Positions 26,984-38,615 of a DNA stretch of 63,884 nt are shown here, in pieces. Positions within the stretch are counted from its first letter, which is position 1; every line of letters starts with the position of its first letter. The notes below the pieces were generated by a model. It searched no databases. It was not told the DNA's origin and saw only the letters and a program-made list of their open reading frames with translations. The position numbers and the translations under genes are program-made. Origin of the DNA: Spirogloea muscicola (lineage: Eukaryota); contig WELB01000002.1 in assembly GCA_009602725.1 (NCBI GenBank), forward strand, positions 948,218 to 1,012,101, in the 5' to 3' direction.

Positions 26984-29697
26984 GTTAGCATGGCCAGCAC
27001 CATCGCACGCTGCGCTCACTGGCGTGAGCCCCTATGACCCCGTACGCAGTACTATCTCTGGGCAGCTGGCCGAGCTGGAGCGGCTTGTGGGAGACATGCT
27101 GCACACTCAGAGTGGCCCAAGCACCGCCGACTTTCTGCGCGCATACTTCCAGGTGAATCAGTAGTTGTCTAGCTAATCTGGTCTAGTGACTCTGTTCAAT
27201 GCGTGTGCGTATGCCAAAACGTCAAATTGCAGACTCAGGTCTCAGCAGCTGCTGAGGTGCTACATGCCCGGGCGTAGATGCTGGAGGTGGCGTCCATCCT
27301 CGGCCTGGAGCGGTACATCTTCGACCGTGGCGTGCGCATGTTTCAGGACTGCTCTGCCACGGCCATGATGAAGAACCGCAACATCGAGGCACTCGCCACG
27401 GCAGCGCTCGTGCAGGCCATGCGCGAGGTCCATGAAAGCCGGCCGCTGCAGGTGAAAAGCCCACTCCCTGATTCCTTGCTTGAGTAGCTATGAGCACTAT
27501 GGTGGCCTTGTATATTCTCTTGCAAGCTTTCGCAGTCGCCTATGCTTTGTATCTTGGTGTTCTCTTGTGCACCGGATCATATTGTAAGAGTACTCAGTGG
27601 TTGGCAGCTACATCTGTCCTACTTCGCGTTTGAGTGCCTGTATCTTGCAGTTGAGCTGACATGTGGTGACGCAGTGCAGGAGGTCTCAAGCGCTGCCGGG
27701 GTGCCGCAAAAAGAAATTGGTCGCCACCTGCGGATGCTGACTGACGCCCTCAAGCTGAGCCAGCCCGCGAGCACCAACTCCATCTCCGTGCACATGCCCC
27801 GCTTCTGTGGCATCCTGCAGCTCCAGAAATCCACGCAGGTCAGTGGGGTCAGTGGAGCTTGCAGTTGCTTGCCTGATGGCGGAATATGTAGAGCAAGCGA
27901 AATGGTTTGCTGCAATCTTATCAAGCGCAAGGATCCAGTTGGATGGAACTGAGACTGTCGCACTTGAGATGCCGCTTTGTGCCTGCTCTATCAGGCATTG
28001 AAGCGATGTGCTGGGTAGGACAATTGTTGAGCACTGTATAATATGATACCTAAGCAAGGCTGGGATATGCCCGTTGACACGTGGGTTTGCCCCTCATTAT
28101 CTCTTGGCAGGACCTGGCGACGCACATCGGCGAGGTGGTACTTTCCAAGAGCCTGTGCACGAGGCGTAACCCGATGAGCATCTCTCCGGCCGCTATTTAT
28201 CTTTCCTGTCAGCTAGAGGACAAGAAGAAAACGCAGACAGAGATCTGCAAAGCGACGGGCTTGACCGAGGTGCCAGCCGCACTCCCTCGCTAGAAGGTCC
28301 TCTATCGAGTACTAGTGGGTCTAGCTGCGCCTTCGTATTTGTACATGGTGCTGCAGCACACATGTGCGCCTAGAGAAGCAGTCTGTAAAACCTTTACTCG
28401 AGTCAGGTCTTCTCTGCTTTGTGGGTGATTTTGTGCTACTTTTGGCTGGGCAGGTGACGCTGCGCAAGGTGTACAAAGAGCTCTTGGAGAATCTCGACGA
28501 CCTGCTGCCTGCTAATTACACGCCGGCGGTGCCCCCCGAGAAGGCATTCCCCGTCACAGCGGCTGCCCTAGGCCGAGTGTGCGCATCGCGTGCAGCCGCC
28601 AGCGACGCCGCCGCCGAGCAGGCGGCAATGCTGCAGCAGCAGGCCCTGGTGCTGTCACCGCAGTCGCGGGACTCCACGCCACCGTGCCTCCACCTGCCGC
28701 AGCTCCTCGGCGACCACCGGCCCAGTGGCGCCCTCCCGCTGTACCTTCCAGGAGCTTCGAGCATGACCGCGGACTACCTCGTGAAAGAGGAGCGGGACAG
28801 AGACGCTTCCAGCGGCCAGGCGCGCGATAGATTGGATAACCAGCAGACGTCAACCTTCCTTCAAGCTGCTGCTGCATCTGGGAGCGGCGGCAACATGGTG
28901 CTCACTGGCGGGGCAGCTGCAGCGGCGGCGGCTGCGGCTAGCCGGCCACCTTTCCCGTACCCGTTCACGGGGCTCATGGACCCACGTCTGTTCCAGGACA
29001 TATCGCACTCGATGTGGCAGCAGCCGCCACCGCTGCCTCCGCCGCCACCGCCGTCGTCGGTCTCCTCTCACCAGGTGTACCAACCGCTTCTTCCGCTGTC
29101 AAGCATCTCTGACATTCGAGTGGCCGGCTTCAGCGGTCAGGGCAAGGACGGCCGTGGACTGCTGGATGGTGTAGACAGGCCAAAGGAGGAGTCGCTCCCC
29201 GCACTCCCGCAATTTCTCTCGGCACCCGCGGCAGCTGCGGCGGCAGCGGCAGGAGCAGGCTTGTCCCAATCCCCTCTAGTGGCAGGAGGGAAGGTCCTGT
29301 CGCTGCTGCCGCCGTCAATGCACATGGTGGACTGGGAGAGGACGGCCAGTCTGGAGCGGGAGCGCGAGGAGAACCAGGAGGGCGGGCAGGACCGCGACCA
29401 GCAGCACGATCTTGAGCGGGAGCGGGAGCGGGAGCGGGAGCGACAGTGGGAGGTGCAGGAGCAGCACCATGCCCACCAGCAGCAGCAGCAGCAGCAGCTG
29501 GGCTCGTCGCCTGTTGGGACCTCCATGCCCTCGGCGGCAGCCATGAGCGCCATGGCTGCCGCTGCGGCTGCTGCCTCCCGCCCGCCCCCCGGCTTCCCTG
29601 GCTTCCCACACAGCCTCTGGCCGTTTGTTGGTGGTGTGGGGCCGTGGACCAACATGTTCGCCCCACACTTGCCCCAGAACTTCCTGCAGCTCCACTC

Positions 29698-29739
<42 letters not shown>

Positions 29740-30109
29740 CAATCACCACCTCCACCATCAAGGTGCGGCTGCAGACCAGCGGAGCCCCAGCGGCGTAATC
29801 AGCGGGATGCCACCCGGCGGAGAGTCACTGCCAGCGGCGGCCGCTGCGGCTGAGGCCTTCACCAGGATGGCCGGCGGAGCCGGCTCAGGTGTCGGCCAGC
29901 CCAGTAATGGGCCCCCTCCTCCCATTCCGCCTCTCTGGCCGATGCTCTTCTCGCAGCACCAACCCCCTCCACAGGCTCCAGCTGCCACGGCCAATGCTGG
30001 CAGTGATGGCACTGCCAACGGCACCAGCTCTGCCGCCGCTTCCATTCGACAAGAGGCATTGGCTCGGGAGGGTCTAGATACAATAACAGGTCGTCTGCGC
30101 CCTCCCTAG
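26984..30109 (+). CDS. PBRP1: Plant-specific TFIIB-related protein; 5' exon(s) in the gap; long low-complexity C-terminus
   Basis: LRAYFQ|MLEVASILGL..NRNIEALATAALVQAMRE..|..NSISVHMPRFCGILQL..|DLATHIGEVV..CTRRNPMSISPAAIYLSCQLEDKKKTQTEICKATGLTE|VTLRKVYKELLENLDDLLPANYTPAVPPEKAFP matches the recalled pBRP1 cyclin-fold repeats. Confidence 0.93.
29699..29737 (+). repeat. (CAG)13 coding microsatellite (polyQ) in pBRP1
   Basis: Pure CAG run. A shorter CAG run lies near 29477-29497 and a (GAGCGG)n ER repeat near 29413-29442. Confidence 0.95.
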
Positions 30110-30731
30110 CAGGGGACTCACTGCCAAGTAGCCAAGTAGCAAGTACGTGTAGGCAGTAGCCAAGTTCACAAATCTTGCAGGCACTGCAACTTCCGCTTGT
30201 AGCGAGGCTCAAAATGACCTGTCTGATGCTAAGCAAGTCAATGTTGTACATAACATTCAGAGCATCCGCAGGCCACTATGTGTAGTATGCAATCGTCCAA
30301 ATTGCAGCACAATTGTTGGTCGTTAATGATGTGCTGCTCTGCCTGCATGAAGTTGCTACAGCTGCAAAGAGTTTTTAAGGTTTCTGTGCATGAGACAGCG
30401 CAGCGCGCCATACTCTAGGTGACAACACAGTGCCGAGATGCCTCTATTTAATAACAACAATTTTGCAAGGTCCCCCAGTCTCGCATGCTTAATGTCAAAT
30501 TGCAATAACAAGATCTTGCAAGAAGTGGCTCGCATTTCACAATATCAAGAACAAAATAAGTACACGACCAGTGGCTACAAGGCAAAAGAGCACGGACCAT
30601 GAGTCCTGAAGGCTACCCAGGTTCCCTTGGTTGTCACTCGATCGTCATGCCAAAAGGCTTGTCAAGTCTGCTACTGCAATGGCGAGTTTCTCATCAAGGC
30701 CTTTGACACTGGCCCTCACATTGCTAAGTGC

Positions 30732-32470
30732 TCAGTTGCTCAGCTCACCAGTTATCTTGGCTTTAAGGTCCTCAATTTCATTCAGGAGCTCCTTGCGGCT
30801 CTCCTGCACTCAAGAGCACGGGAAGCTGTGACAAACCCCAAAGTGGTTTGTCCTGGACAATGATGTCCACTTCCTCTTTGCCCATTCCTTACTGCACAAG
30901 AATTGCTGATGGATGGGAATCTCATGCAATGGTTGCTAAGCTACGGAGGATGCTACTCATATTACTCAATGCTCAACAACGGCAACGCCAGTACCTCTCA
31001 ATGCAGGTGGCAATAGAGAAAAGTATACAATGTGCATAGCACAGGACAACAGAGGGGCCACCTTTTCAGCACTTCGAGCAGGCAGATCAAGGAGACAAGT
31101 CAGCAGCAGGTGGCCGCCAGTCGTCCTCAATAAGCTTACCTTCAACAACAGGTAACGGTACACAAACCAGCCGGTGTAGCCAAGGCCCACCAGCTCCAAG
31201 AGTTTGGGCAGCTGCCAAAAGAGATTGACAGGTGGTCACATAGGCCACCGTCAAGATGGAACGACCAAGCAACGTCTTTGGTCAAGAATGATGCACTGGC
31301 TTGGAGTAGGGATAGCAACAGTGCAGAATCACTTGTAAGTATGAGCGCACGCGTCTCCAGCTTGAAACATGCTACATAAGGAAGTCTGCAGTAAGTGGAC
31401 TTGGTGTGCAGCCCTCTCTGGAGAGAAGATAACACACCAAGGGGATGGAGTTGATGCCACCAACAATGGCGGACGAGAACCAGAGAGCCACAAGGGCAGC
31501 GCCACCATAGAGAATGACCTGGGGCTTGTTCTCAGTCTTCTCCCACTGTCAGACACCACAAGCCTGGTCATTTACGGCCTTGTGCCTCATCGGACGCCCT
31601 CTTTGATAAGGGCATGCTTACATGCTTTGCCCTTTGCCACAGGTGCTCTGTTGCTCTGTTTACTGCCATCTGCCAATGTGGGAATAGTGCTAGCTTCGAA
31701 GCAGGTAAACAAGCTGTTGTGCTACCACAAAAGGCCCGATATAAGCCTTTGCACAGAACATAGGTGAGCATCTGCATTGTACGTGTTAAAATTGACCAAA
31801 TGGACCAAATGTCTGTCAGGTCCCAAAGCATGACCCATTGAGGTTGTGCCCGGGGCTCCAGTGCACTTTCAAGGCGTTTCCATCAAGACCATGCCATGCC
31901 AGCCTACAACCCCAAGCCTGCCTTCTCACGAGCGCAGTTGTCACGTACGAAGCCGTGGCTGCATGTGCTGTTTCCTCCACATTGTCCAGCATTGGCGCGC
32001 ACACTCCTAGCGCCCCTTCCCAACCTCAGAGTCGACTAAGCTTCTGCCAAGGGCGAGAGGACACGAACCTTCAGCTTGAGGTCCTCGATGAACTCGCTGC
32101 CCTGCTTGGACGCATCGCTCGCCTCAATCTCCACCTTGGACTTGGCGGCCCGTGCAGCAGCTGAGCGACCGGGCGCTGTCACACAGCCGCTGAGGCACTG
32201 GCTGTGAGACCACGACCATCGACTGATGACTTCAGCCTCGTCCGGAGGTCCCGGCGGGCTCTGGAAATGTGCGTCGACAGGCGGCTGCCCGCTCGAGGAA
32301 TGCGGGCGTGGCGTTCGGGCTCACCCGACCGCAGGCGGGGGCACCGCAGAGCCAGGGGCGCGGCGACGAAAGCGGAGCGGGAGAGAGCTGCCCGACGGGA
32401 GGCCCTAGCAGCGGCCGGCGCGACGGCGGCGGCGGCGGCGGCGGCGGCGACGCAGGACGCGGCGGCCATG
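30732..32470 (-). CDS. CURT1: CURVATURE THYLAKOID 1 (CAAD domain) chloroplast protein
   Basis: Ala/Ser/Arg transit peptide, then ..EFIEDLKLK|WEKTENKPQVILYGGAALVALWFSSAIVGGINSIP|LPKLLELVGLGYTGWFVYRYLLLK|ESRKELLNEIEDLKAKITG.. An alternative short last exon ending about 30646 is possible. Confidence 0.95.
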
Positions 32471-32688
32471 GCGGGCGCAGCGCCGGGGGCGAGAGAGGGG
32501 CAGGGAGCCTTGGCGACGAGCTGAGCGGCGCCGGGCGGCTCGCTTGGCGGAAGCGGCGTGGGAGAGTCTCTGCTTGAAGCGGCGCGCGCGCCAATGAGCT
32601 CGGCCCCGCGGCCCGCCGTCTCAGCGCCAACGGGTGGTGTGAAGCCGCCCCACTGGTGTGGGGCGGCTTCTGCTGCCTTTTCGCGTGT

Positions 32689-33069
32689 GAAGAAATTGCT
32701 CGCCCATTGAGAATAAGGGCTGGAAAAGCCCCTATTCTGAACAGTGCATGGCCTCGGCTCTGGCCTCCCTTCGCAGTGCGTGCGCACCGCCACCCCCGCC
32801 TGAACAATGTGTTGGCTTGAATCTAGCGACAACCCTTATATAATGCGCACTGCGCGCCTTCTCTCCCCTCACAGCCGGTTTTCGCACGAAGACCCTATTG
32901 TCAGGCTCTGTCCGCTCACAGCATTGCCTTACTTCGAGAAGAAGAAGAAAGTGGCTCTCCCTCCCTTCCATTTCCTGCACACCGAGCGCCCTGCCCTCTC
33001 TCTCGCTTCCTTCTCCTCTCGGCTGGCTTTTCGCAGCCCTTGCCCCCATTGGGAGTGCCACTTCTTCTC
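32689..33069. mobile_element. Cluster of CRE-like terminal tips upstream of CURT1
   Basis: A minus-strand hairpin tip (32689-32730) is apparently split by two subfamily-D-like tails (32736-32865). A plus tip at 33020-33069 ends GAGTGCCACTTCTTCTC. Confidence 0.75.
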
Positions 33070-33204
33070 GAAACGGGGTGGGGGCCGTCCGCCATCCCTG
33101 ACGGTGAGAGCCAGTGTGGGTCTAATGGGAAAATGGCGTGCCCCGCCCCCGTCCGGCCCCCGCCCGACGCCGCGCTCCCGGATCTCGGCGAGCCAGTGGC
33201 CCGC

Positions 33205-33250
33205 GCCGGCAGGCCGCTCCCAATGGCCCCCGGGATCGCGCACGTGGCTC
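33205..33250. promoter_or_regulatory. Possible CCAAT and G-box (CACGTG 33241-33246) in non-repeat GC-rich DNA upstream of CURT1
   Basis: Motif match only. A palindromic GCCACGTGGC also lies upstream of the BTB gene (54667-54676). Confidence 0.3.
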
Positions 33251-33369
33251 GCCGGCGCGCCGCCCCGTGGCCGCCGCGTGGCGGCATCTCTTGACCTACA
33301 ACTCGGCCGTCTGGCCCCCGTTTGCAGTGTAATCTCATACGAAATGAAAGACGAAAGTGGCTCTTTCAA

Positions 33370-33982
33370 ACGTCTGACTGCTTTGTTTCCAGCAGCGCCA
33401 AACGCTCATCGGAGGAGGCGGGCTACGCAGTCAGCCAAGTGGCGGGCGGAAAGAAGGAACGGAAGTACTCGGACCAGTGGCAGTCGACGTGCACAGAGCA
33501 TTTGGCTCGAAATGGCTCGACTTGCTCCACCGCCTTGCGCGGCGTGCAGCGGCCCGCCGCCTCGGGCAGCAGGGCGAGCAGCCCGGCTTCAACGTCGCCG
33601 GGTCCCTCGCTCAAGTCTTCCGAATGCGTTTGGACATCTCGATGCAGCGGTCCCTCGCCTTCGCGGTTAACTTGCGCGCAGGCCGAGCTTTGGCGGCGGC
33701 CTCCGGCTTCCGTCAGGGCGACGTCTTTCCGCCGGCTAGCTACTCAGACTTGCATCTCCTTACTGGAGGTTATTGAGCGTTCCCTGATTCTTTTCAGGAC
33801 TGGCTTTTCCAGCCTCTATTCTCAATGGGCGAGCACTTTCCTGGCTGATGTCTTAGTCCTAGTCCTTGGCACTCCGGCTCCTTCAGACCTTGTCCATTCT
33901 TTTGGGCTGGCCTTTCCCAGCCACCAGTCAATCTGGCCACGCTTCCTTTCGCAGCCATCGCCCTATAGTGGAGGAGCCTTCT
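33370..33982 (+). mobile_element. CRE-like RLE fragment (subfamily A) with a 57-bp tip inserted in its 3' UTR
   Basis: AVDVHRAFGSKWLDLLHRLAR..FRMRLDISMQRSLAFAVNLRAGRALAAASGFRQGDVFPPASYSDLHLLTGGY*. Insert 33787-33843 with CCTG duplication is absent from the copy at 1-236. Confidence 0.88.
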
Positions 33983-34060
33983 ATCAGTCTTCTATACGCA
34001 GGCGTGGTGGGATGACTTCGACCCTTTAACGCCGCTGGCTCGTTAGCCCAGGTCTTCAAA

Positions 34061-37000
34061 GAAAAAAAGTGGCTCTCCCAACGGAAGAAAGTGCTCGCCC
34101 ATAGAGAAGAGGAGCTGGCAAAGCCAGCCCAGAAGAGGTGCCGAAAAGGGACTACACTACAAAACACGACAAAAGCAGAAGTGGCACTCCCAGTGGGGGC
34201 AAGGGCTGCGAAAAGCCAGCCCAAAAAGAATTGACAAAGATTCGGAGGGGCCTACAAGCGTTTAGCAGCTACAAAGGGGCCTGAAGACGCTATGTCACGC
34301 TCTAAGTCAGGCCTCCGGCTTTCGTGGCGGCGCTCCAGCTCCCCAAGTTAGCTTGTCAGATTTGTTTGTGCTCACCCGTGGGTACTAATGTCATCTTAGG
34401 TACCTTAGATTAGGTCTCCGTATTATGTAGCATTGTTTAGTCTGCACTCGACTCTGCCTGAACAATGTATTGGCTTGAATTGGCCTCCCTTTCAATTCAT
34501 GCGCCCCGCGCGCCTTCTCTCTCTATGTCACAACAGAGAGAAGAGCTCGCCCATAGAAAATAGGGGCTGGCAAAGCCAACCCAAAAAGAATGGACAATGT
34601 CCAAAGCCAAAGAAAGAAGTGCCGAAAAGGGACTACACTACAAAGCACGAGATGGTGCAGAGCGAGATTCAGATGGATGCTCAGTATCCACGTGTGAGCA
34701 ACAGCAGATTAGATTTACTCGAAGCAGGAAAAGCGGCAATCTGCCGTGACCCGGAAGCAGCAGCCATAGCACGGCCAGCGCACGCGTGGACCGCTTGAGC
34801 CAAAGAGCGCTGTAGCGAGACCGCCAGCCTCAGCCGGAAGACCTGCGCGAAGGAGCCGGCAGCATTGAAGCCTGGCGAACCCGGCCGCCGCTCGATGGCC
34901 TCCCGGGCAAGCAGCTGGAGGAGATCCAACCAGCCACTGCCGAAGGCCCCGTGTACGTCAATGGCCAGTGCTGCGAAGGCATCCCTAGAGGGTGGTCAGA
35001 GGCACTTGCGCTCCTTACTCCGAGCCGCCAAAGCGACCGCGTGCCCGACGAGCGTCGCCGACTTCGCGGGGTTAGCCGAATCAACGCAATCCGCAGTCAC
35101 CTCATCAGCGATGACATGCGGACCTCCTCCGGAACAGGGGGAGGATGGATCACTCAGGACTTACGAAGTAAGGAGCCTCAGATCCGACAGTCTAGACGCT
35201 GCCGGAAAACTATCCCCCTGACAAAAGCCGGAGGCCGCAGCGAGAGCACGGCCAGCACGCAGATGCAGAGCGTGGGCCATGGAGCGCTGAAGGGACACTG
35301 ACAATCTCATACGATGCACTTGAGCCCACGAGCCAGCAACAACACAAGACGATGCAGAGAGAAGCTCAGTATCCGCGAGTGAGCAACATCAGTTCGTAAT
35401 AGCTCGCTGCAGGGAAAGAGGAAAAGAGGCACTCCGCCGAGACCCAGAGGTGGCGGCCATAGCACGGCCTGCTCGCGTGTGGACGGCGTGGGCAAGGGAC
35501 CGTGGCAACGATACCGCCAGGGCGCATTTGGAAGACTTGTGCGAGCGAACCGGCGGCGTTGAAGCCGGGCATCTCTCCTGCCTAGTATTCATGCATCGAG
35601 TAGTGACCTTTATGTTTTGACCCGTGGTTATTGAGCGGGTCAATCTGCTGTAGGTTATGTAGATTTTAGATGTGCTTGCCTTTGTACCTGGCCATTTGGC
35701 CTACATTTCTTTCTAATACACGATCTCTCCTGCCGGTCAGTGGCCTGATCCAGCCAGCGGCTGCCGAAAGCCCCGTGTACGTCGATCGCCAGGGCCGCGG
35801 ATTCATCACCAACCGGGTGATTGCCATATTTTGGTTCTTTGTCCCGGGCCGCCAGGCCGACCGCGTGCCCTGCAAACGACGCCGATCTGGTGGGATTGGC
35901 GGAGTCGAAGCAGTCAGTTGTCACTAGGTCGGCGATGATGCGGGGACCGCCGCCGGGCGGGATGGCGACCAGGTCGGCGCGCCCTGTATGGGGCTGGCCG
36001 TCCGCGCCCAGCTGGATGGGCGTCACTGAGGAGTTCTCCACAGCCACCTTGAAGCCCGCCTCCATAAACATCCCCTGCATACCATCTCGCAGGAGATCGT
36101 GGGAAGAAAGTGCTCGCCCATTGAGAATAGGGGCTGGAACAACCAGCCCGAAAAAGAATGAACAGAGTACGAGAAGGGGGCCAGGGGAAGCGCTAAGTAA
36201 CAGAAACAAAGCTGCTACGAGACACTCAGTAACCCCTGCTAAGCAGCCGCAGATCAGAGATGCTGGGCCCTCGTGGGAAGGGGCCCGCTCGCCCCAGTGC
36301 GCGCAACGGAGCATATGCGCAGCCAGCTCCGCAGGGTCGACGTGACGGGCACCGGGAGCATATGCGCAGCCAGCTCCGCAGGGTCGGCGTGACGGGCACA
36401 GCCCTCGCACTGAGTTACGCCCACGAGGCAGGGAGGGAGGAGGCCCAAGAGCCGGTGGACCGCCGTCCTGAAGACTTTATCAGGCATGGTGAGCGCCGCT
36501 TAGAGTGGGAGCGCTGACACCCACGCCGCCGCCCCAGGGGCAGAGGCTGAGAGGAGCCAGGCGCGGCCGCGCAGGTCAGTCGGAGGGGAGAAGCTCCACC
36601 TCCTGGTCAGAGGCCGCTTGTTCAAGCAACGCGGTGAAGCGTGCCTGGGCACGCAGGTCGGGGGTGTGGGCGAGGTGGGTGAACGGGACGATCTGCTCCG
36701 ACATGGTGGGGTGGACCGCCATGAGCCCGTCGCGAGCAGAGCGGAGGGCAATGTGGGCAAGGGCTGTGAGAAGCCAGCCCGAAAAGAGTTGACGCAGGTT
36801 TGAAGGGGCCAGGTCTTTCGCATGTAGGCCCCTCCGAACCTTGTGAATTTTTTTGGGCTGGCATTCTGCAGCCCTTGCCCCCATTGGGAGTGCCACTTCT
36901 CTCATGCGCCTGTCCATTTCCCTTCAGCGGTCCATGGCCCGCACCTTGCACCTGCGTGCTGGCCATGCTCTTGCTGCAGCCTCTGGCTTTCGTCATGGGG

Positions 37001-37704
37001 ATTGTGTGCCGGCAGCTAGTCTATAGGATCTGCGGCTCTTCACTCGTAGTTGTCGAGTGATTCATCCTACCCCAGTTGTGAGATAGCGCTTTTTGGCCCC
37101 TTTGCAATTTGGCCCCTTCGAACCTTGTCAAGCCTCTGTTCAGGCTTGCTTATAACAGCCCTTGCCCTTTTCTATCAGAGGGGGTGGGGCTGTAAACAGC
37201 CAGCCCTGAAGAAATTACAAGGGCCGAAGCAGTAAGCCCTTCTCAGCCGTAAGCCCTTCTCAAGGAGAAAGAAAAGCAAGAAACGGGCGCGAGGGCTGTG
37301 AAAAACCAGCCCGTAGAATAAGCTTACAAATGTAAGCTCTTCCTATGGCGGGGGCTGTGAAATGCCAGAGAATGAGAAAGACGCTTCCAGTAGAGGGCGA
37401 TGGCTGTGAGTGGCCAGCCCAGACAAAAGATTAAAGATAGTCCATAAAGCCTCTCCGCCCTGACCTCCACGTCCTGACCCGTGTCAGAAGACCCATGACA
37501 CTTAGCGGGTCGGCAGTGGAAGTCCTCAGGATCTGGCATCTCCGGATTTTGCTCCCCTTGCTGTGCTCCACTGCAAGAGCTTGGATCACAACCGCCGCTT
37601 CTCCTCTTTTCCTCTTCTCCAGTCGCTTTCCACGTCGTTCCACTTGTTCATTCTAATATCTGGGCTGGCCTCTCCCAGCCACCGCCGTTTCCTGGAAGCG
37701 TCTC
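34061..37704. mobile_element. Large nest of CRE-like fragments from several subfamilies (C, D, E, F, G, H)
   Basis: Minus frames show AAAWVSALP, FRTAVHRLLG, CEGC..H..C, HDLLRDG, RADLVAIPPGGGPRIIADLV, RDKEPKY and AIDVHGAFG, with several ..LTRGY* ends. TSDs CTATGTCAC, AACAG and ATCTCTCCTGCC. A 47-bp tandem duplication sits at 36308-36399. Confidence 0.88.
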
Positions 37705-38615
37705 TGCAGCTGGACATTTGCTCCTCCCTACAGGGCCAGTAGACCGCACTCGTCTTTGGGGTACGGTCGCAGATCCGCTAGCGGCAGCAAACAGCGACTA
37801 GGCTAGTACAAACCCCGCCCTCACCCAAGGTGGGTGGCAGCCATGGCCAGGGCGCACAGGCGCAGCCGCATCGCCTTGATTCCAGAAAATAGCAGAGACA
37901 AACGATTCTCCAGCCCCATTCGCTCGTTCACCAAATTACCAAGTTCAACAGGTGCAGCAACTTGTCCTTCACTATGTGCAGAAGCGACTGAGAGGTACTC
38001 GGTCAATTTGGATCTGCCTCACCAGACCCTTCTGGCCGCCGTCCCAACCTCCCTTGTGGTAGCATCCTGACTTCGCCAAATACTCTGCGCCTTGTTGGGG
38101 CTTCCACCTTGACCTTATCCATTTCTTGTGAGCATGCCTTTCGCAACAGCCATTTCCATTTCTAGGAACTTCTTCTCACCTATCCGGCTGGGCCGAGCTT
38201 TGGGCTGTGTACATCCACTTTCTCCAGCTAAGGTCAAAGCAAGCAACCTACACACGGGGTGTGCTCTACCTGCATGCTCGGGCCTTTGTGGATGCAGCCT
38301 CTGAAGAGAAATCCTCTTGCCCCTGCAGCCCTGCTGGAGGAGCATTGAAGCGTCCTCTCAAGCCCATTAGGTGCCGAGCTGTGTATTCATTCAGTCAATC
38401 GTTGGTAGGTGCCCTTGGCATACTCATCTCTTGACATGGTGGCTTTCCAAACTCCTTCCAACACCCTTGCCTAGAGTTACAGTTGCAATTCACGTTGCAA
38501 CCCCGTGATCCAGATAGACGGGCATGTGGCTACCCGAGGGCATGACGGCCCCCCATCGACAACAAGCAAGAGACTCTCTGTGGATGCATTGGTTGCCTGA
38601 CAGGTGCTGTTGGGC

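Noticed and set aside
36840..36900. Hairpin module resembling an Sm site plus stem (snRNA/SL RNA), SRP RNA helix 8, a histone stem-loop or an HDV ribozyme
   Set aside because: The U-rich run is not a conserved Sm consensus across copies, the SRP internal loop is absent and I could not build the HDV pseudoknot. Position after the element stop codon explains it.
34061..37704. Alternating minus/plus blocks suggesting double-ended (back-to-back) reverse transcription at breaks
   Set aside because: The junctions I could resolve (4934, 34299, 35583, 54199) are ordinary nested insertions: a TSD is present and the host element continues on the far side.
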